A stretch of 55,151 nucleotides of DNA, taken from positions 1-55,151 of the IMG/VR virus record IMGVR_UViG_3300047392_000113. The stretch is one strand, 5' to 3'. Under the pieces are notes generated by a model. The model worked only from the letters and a program-made list of their open reading frames with translations. It was not told where the DNA came from and ran no database searches. The DNA is from a virus (lineage: Duplodnaviria; Heunggongvirae; Uroviricota; Caudoviricetes). Numbering within the stretch: position 1 is the stretch's first letter; each line of letters begins with the position of its first letter. Below, one piece after another: positions 52,099 through 55,151 of this stretch. Made by a program: the position numbers and the translations under genes.

Positions 52099-52119
52099 CT
52101 AACCTTTTTAGGAAGATGA

Positions 52120-52791
52120 ATGAGTAATCAAATCATACTCAAGAAGTCATCAGTTGCGGCAAAAGTACCGCTTACTACTGACTTAGCATACGGTGAATTG
52201 GCATTAAACTATGCTGATGGCAAACTGTATTTCAAGAATTCTTCCAACACAGTCACTTCTTTCGGTTCTAACTCTGCAACCGAAACTCTCTCTAATAAAA
52301 CCCTCCAATCTCCATCTATTACTGGCACTGTTACTTTTAATGGTAGCACAGGTATTGCAGGACAGTTCTTAAAATCTACTGGAACTGGTCTAGAGTGGGG
52401 GTATCCTACAACTCTAGGTAACTCAGCTGGTAACAGTAGGCTGGAGTTTAGCGCTGATGTAAACAACAATCCGCTACTAAATATCATAATGAATAATGTT
52501 AGTGTCGCCACATTTGGTGGTGGACAGATAACATTTAACGTACCGTTGTCGATGAACGGCAACACAATCACAGGACTTGGTGCTCCACTAACGAACACTG
52601 ATGCAGTCACTAAAGCATACGCTGATGGTGCGACATCTTCAGGTTCTTATCCTAAGGGTGATTATGGCGGTTTAGATGCTGTTGCTGCATATGATGCGTT
52701 TGGTGTCTCTATCGTTCCGATTATCACATATGATAATATGACACCTGTTGGAATATTTTTAACTGCAGATTTTGGATCATCATTGACTTAA
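52120..52791 (+). CDS. short tail-fibre-type protein
   Basis: IILKKSS...GELALNYADGKLYFK N-terminus. Confidence 0.75.
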   Translation: MSNQIILKKSSVAAKVPLTTDLAYGELALNYADGKLYFKNSSNTVTSFGSNSATETLSNKTLQSPSITGTVTFNGSTGIAGQFLKSTGTGLEWGYPTTLGNSAGNSRLEFSADVNNNPLLNIIMNNVSVATFGGGQITFNVPLSMNGNTITGLGAPLTNTDAVTKAYADGATSSGSYPKGDYGGLDAVAAYDAFGVSIVPIITYDNMTPVGIFLTADFGSSLT

Positions 52792-52800
52792 GGAATAACG

Positions 52801-55151
52801 ATGCCAACACAAATACAATTAAGACGTGGTACATATACCCAGCACCAAGCATTTACTGGTGCAGTAGCTGAACCAACGTTTGATACTACCAACTTAGTCT
52901 TTAGAATCCATGACGGTTCTTCTGCTGGTGGTATGGAAATGGTTATGGGTAACTCTATTTACAAGGGAACCCCAGTTAAAGCTGTTGCCACTTCTAATTT
53001 AACACTTTATGGTACTCAGACTATTGATGGCGTTTCTTTAGTTGCTGGTGACCGTGTTTTAGTAACCTCACAATCTAGTGCATTTCAAAACGGTATTTAC
53101 AACGTTTCTACTACAGCATGGACTCGTGCGTTTGATAGCGATAAAATTTACAACTTAAACCAACACCAGTTCATCTATATTTCTGGTGGGTCTACATATG
53201 CACAGTCTGTTTGGAGACAAACTAGTGCTGCACCTACAACTATTGGTGTTGACTCTATCAGTTATGAATTGTGGATGAGTGTAGAATCTCGTGGTCTGGC
53301 GCAGAACACAGTTTCTGGTTTAGTTACTCGTACTGCAAAGGGCACTTATACTGGGCGTGCAGTTACTGTTTCTGGTCAAGGTATTTCTGTTTCTAACGGA
53401 GATGGTGTTTCTGGTAACCCACTGGTTTCTGTTAACTCTACACCGAACAATACTGCCAGTGCTATTATGGCACGTGACGCTAACGGTGACTTCTCATCAA
53501 ATAATGCAACTCTAGCTGGCGACATCGCAGTTAATGGTGGTGACGTTACTACCACAGCAACGACTGCTACTCTATTCAACTCCACCGCTACCACTTTAAA
53601 TATTGGTAATGCTGCAACTACAGTTTCTATCGGTGCTGCTACTGGTACAACAACTGTTCGTAACGACTTGGTTGTTACTGGTACATTTACTGTAAATGGT
53701 ACAACAGAAACGATTAATGCGGTAACTGTTTCTGTTGATGATAAAAATATTGAGTTGGGTTCTGTAGCAACACCAACTAACGCTACAGCTGATGGTGGTG
53801 GTATCACTCTTAAAGGTACTACAGATAAAACCATTATCTGGGATCAAACTAACACTAACTGGACTTCTTCAGAAAACTGGAACATTGCTACTGGTAAGAC
53901 ATTTAAGATTAATAACGTACCAGTATTAACTTCTACTTCTGTTCTAAGTGATGCATCTCAAACATCTATTACAGTTGGTGGATCTGCCACTGCTGTATCT
54001 TTGGGCGCAAGTACTGGTACTCTAACAGTCAATAACCCAACTATTGTTGGTGCTAATGCTACTCAAAACTTATACAATACAGTAGCGACAACAATCAACG
54101 CATATGGTGCTGCGACTTCTCTTAACATCGGTACTAGTGTTACTGCAGCTCAAACTACAAATATTGCAACTGGCGCTACTGCCACTGCAACAACCAAGAC
54201 ATTAAACCTAGCTACTGGTGGTCTAACAGGTTCTACAACTAACGTAAACATCGGCTCTACTGCTGGTGGATTGTTAACCATTAGTAACCCAAACGTAACA
54301 TTCGATAACGGTATCGTAACTTATACCAATACTACAGACGCAACTACTTCTGCTAACGGATCCGTTCGTTTCGCTGGTGGTATCAGCGTTGTTAAGAATA
54401 TTGTCTGCGACGGAACATTCTCTATTTTCGGAGATATCTCTGTTAACGGTGGTGACATTCTAACTAACCAGACTAACGTAACAGTATTCAATACTACAGC
54501 GACTACCGCTAACCTGTTGGGTGCTGCTTCCACAATTAACTTGGGTGCGACTTCTGGTATTTTAACAATCAACAACCCAACAGTTGTAGGTTCTCAGACT
54601 ACCCAAAACTTATACAATACTGTAGCCACTACTCTAAACATTGGTGGTGCAGCTACTGCTATTAACTTGGGTAATGCTACTGCTGCAACTCTAACAGTAC
54701 GTCCAGGAACTGTCGTTGGTGCGAATACAACACAAGCTGTATTTGATACTGTTGCAACTACTGTTAATGCTTTCGGTGCTGCCACTACTCTTACTCTAGG
54801 TAACGCTACTCTTGCTACTCTGACATTGCGCCCAGGGACTGTTGTTGGTTCTAATACCACACAGAACTTGTTTAACACTGTTGCCACCACAGTTAACTTT
54901 GCTGGCGCAGCTACTGTTGTTAGCATTGGTGCTGCTACTGGTACTACAACTGTAAACAACAACCTATCTGTGACTGGCACTTCTAGCCACACAGGTAACG
55001 CCACATTCTCTGGAACATTAGGTGTAACTGGTGCTACTACTCTTTCTAGCACTCTAGGTGTAACTGGCGATTTAGCTGTTAACACTAACAAGTTCAACGT
55101 AACTGCTGCTTCTGGTAATACTGCCATCGCAGGAACTTTGGGTGTTACTGG
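52801..55151 (+). CDS. long tail fibre with Mtd_N-like N-terminus, truncated by the window edge (absent from ORF track)
   Basis: AAGGA RBS, ATG 52801; MPTQIQLRRGT...IHDGSSAGG; frame appears open to the end with TQNLYNTVATT-type repeats. Confidence 0.85.
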   Translation, partial: MPTQIQLRRGTYTQHQAFTGAVAEPTFDTTNLVFRIHDGSSAGGMEMVMGNSIYKGTPVKAVATSNLTLYGTQTIDGVSLVAGDRVLVTSQSSAFQNGIYNVSTTAWTRAFDSDKIYNLNQHQFIYISGGSTYAQSVWRQTSAAPTTIGVDSISYELWMSVESRGLAQNTVSGLVTRTAKGTYTGRAVTVSGQGISVSNGDGVSGNPLVSVNSTPNNTASAIMARDANGDFSSNNATLAGDIAVNGGDVTTTATTATLFNSTATTLNIGNAATTVSIGAATGTTTVRNDLVVTGTFTVNGTTETINAVTVSVDDKNIELGSVATPTNATADGGGITLKGTTDKTIIWDQTNTNWTSSENWNIATGKTFKINNVPVLTSTSVLSDASQTSITVGGSATAVSLGASTGTLTVNNPTIVGANATQNLYNTVATTINAYGAATSLNIGTSVTAAQTTNIATGATATATTKTLNLATGGLTGSTTNVNIGSTAGGLLTISNPNVTFDNGIVTYTNTTDATTSANGSVRFAGGISVVKNIVCDGTFSIFGDISVNGGDILTNQTNVTVFNTTATTANLLGAASTINLGATSGILTINNPTVVGSQTTQNLYNTVATTLNIGGAATAINLGNATAATLTVRPGTVVGANTTQAVFDTVATTVNAFGAATTLTLGNATLATLTLRPGTVVGSNTTQNLFNTVATTVNFAGAATVVSIGAATGTTTVNNNLSVTGTSSHTGNATFSGTLGVTGATTLSSTLGVTGDLAVNTNKFNVTAASGNTAIAGTLGVT

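Noticed and set aside
49743-55127. Many minus-strand Val/Pro/Ala-rich ORFs opposite the fibre genes, and similar antisense ORFs elsewhere
   Set aside because: Antisense shadows of ACT/GCT/GGT-rich coding sequence, without RBS or promoter support.
49558-55151. Diversity-generating retroelement implied by the Mtd_N-like domain
   Set aside because: No reverse transcriptase and no adenine-specific TR/VR repeat pair seen in the window; the repeats present are ordinary protein repeats.
1-55151. Stop-codon reassignment, introns or homing endonucleases
   Set aside because: Long genes are intact in the standard code, TAG and TGA both end genes, and no split gene or GIY-YIG/HNH ORF was recognised.

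Overview
This 55 kb window comes from a large T4-like myophage (T4 gene-number homologs are recognisable). No head genes, polymerase, tRNA or CRISPR array are visible. All family calls rest on motifs read from the sequence and recalled family signatures; no database search was run. 1-7.6 kb: small early genes behind sigma70 promoters, nucleotide-pool enzymes (HAD, metallophosphoesterase, MazG-like, 5'-nucleotidase) and uvsE. 7.6-15.4 kb: phoH, GH19 endolysin, an exonuclease, a circularly permuted two-piece tmRNA, SleB, ClpP, gp33, gp59 and gp32. 15.4-20.7 kb: minus-strand tail and packaging block (gp29-like, gp51, gp26, gp16, holin-like, gp54, gp2, gp4). 20.7-42.7 kb: baseplate block (gp48, gp53, hub, gp5, PAAR, gp25, gp6, gp7, gp8, a 2087-aa structural protein, an S74-chaperoned fibre). 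49-55 kb: tail-fibre genes. The best candidate for an undescribed system is a cluster at 42.7-48.9 kb, set among fibre genes and flanked by late-promoter motifs. It encodes an Asn-Cys-repeat protein, a radical SAM/SPASM enzyme, an asparagine-synthetase/lasso-cyclase-like PP-loop protein, a degenerate 2OG-Fe(II) oxygenase and a signal-less TRAP binding protein, which suggests RiPP-like modification of a virion protein. Other highlights are the permuted tmRNA near clpP, nine co-oriented GGGACTCCT copies in the early region, a switch-like pseudoknot, and several apparently leaderless genes.
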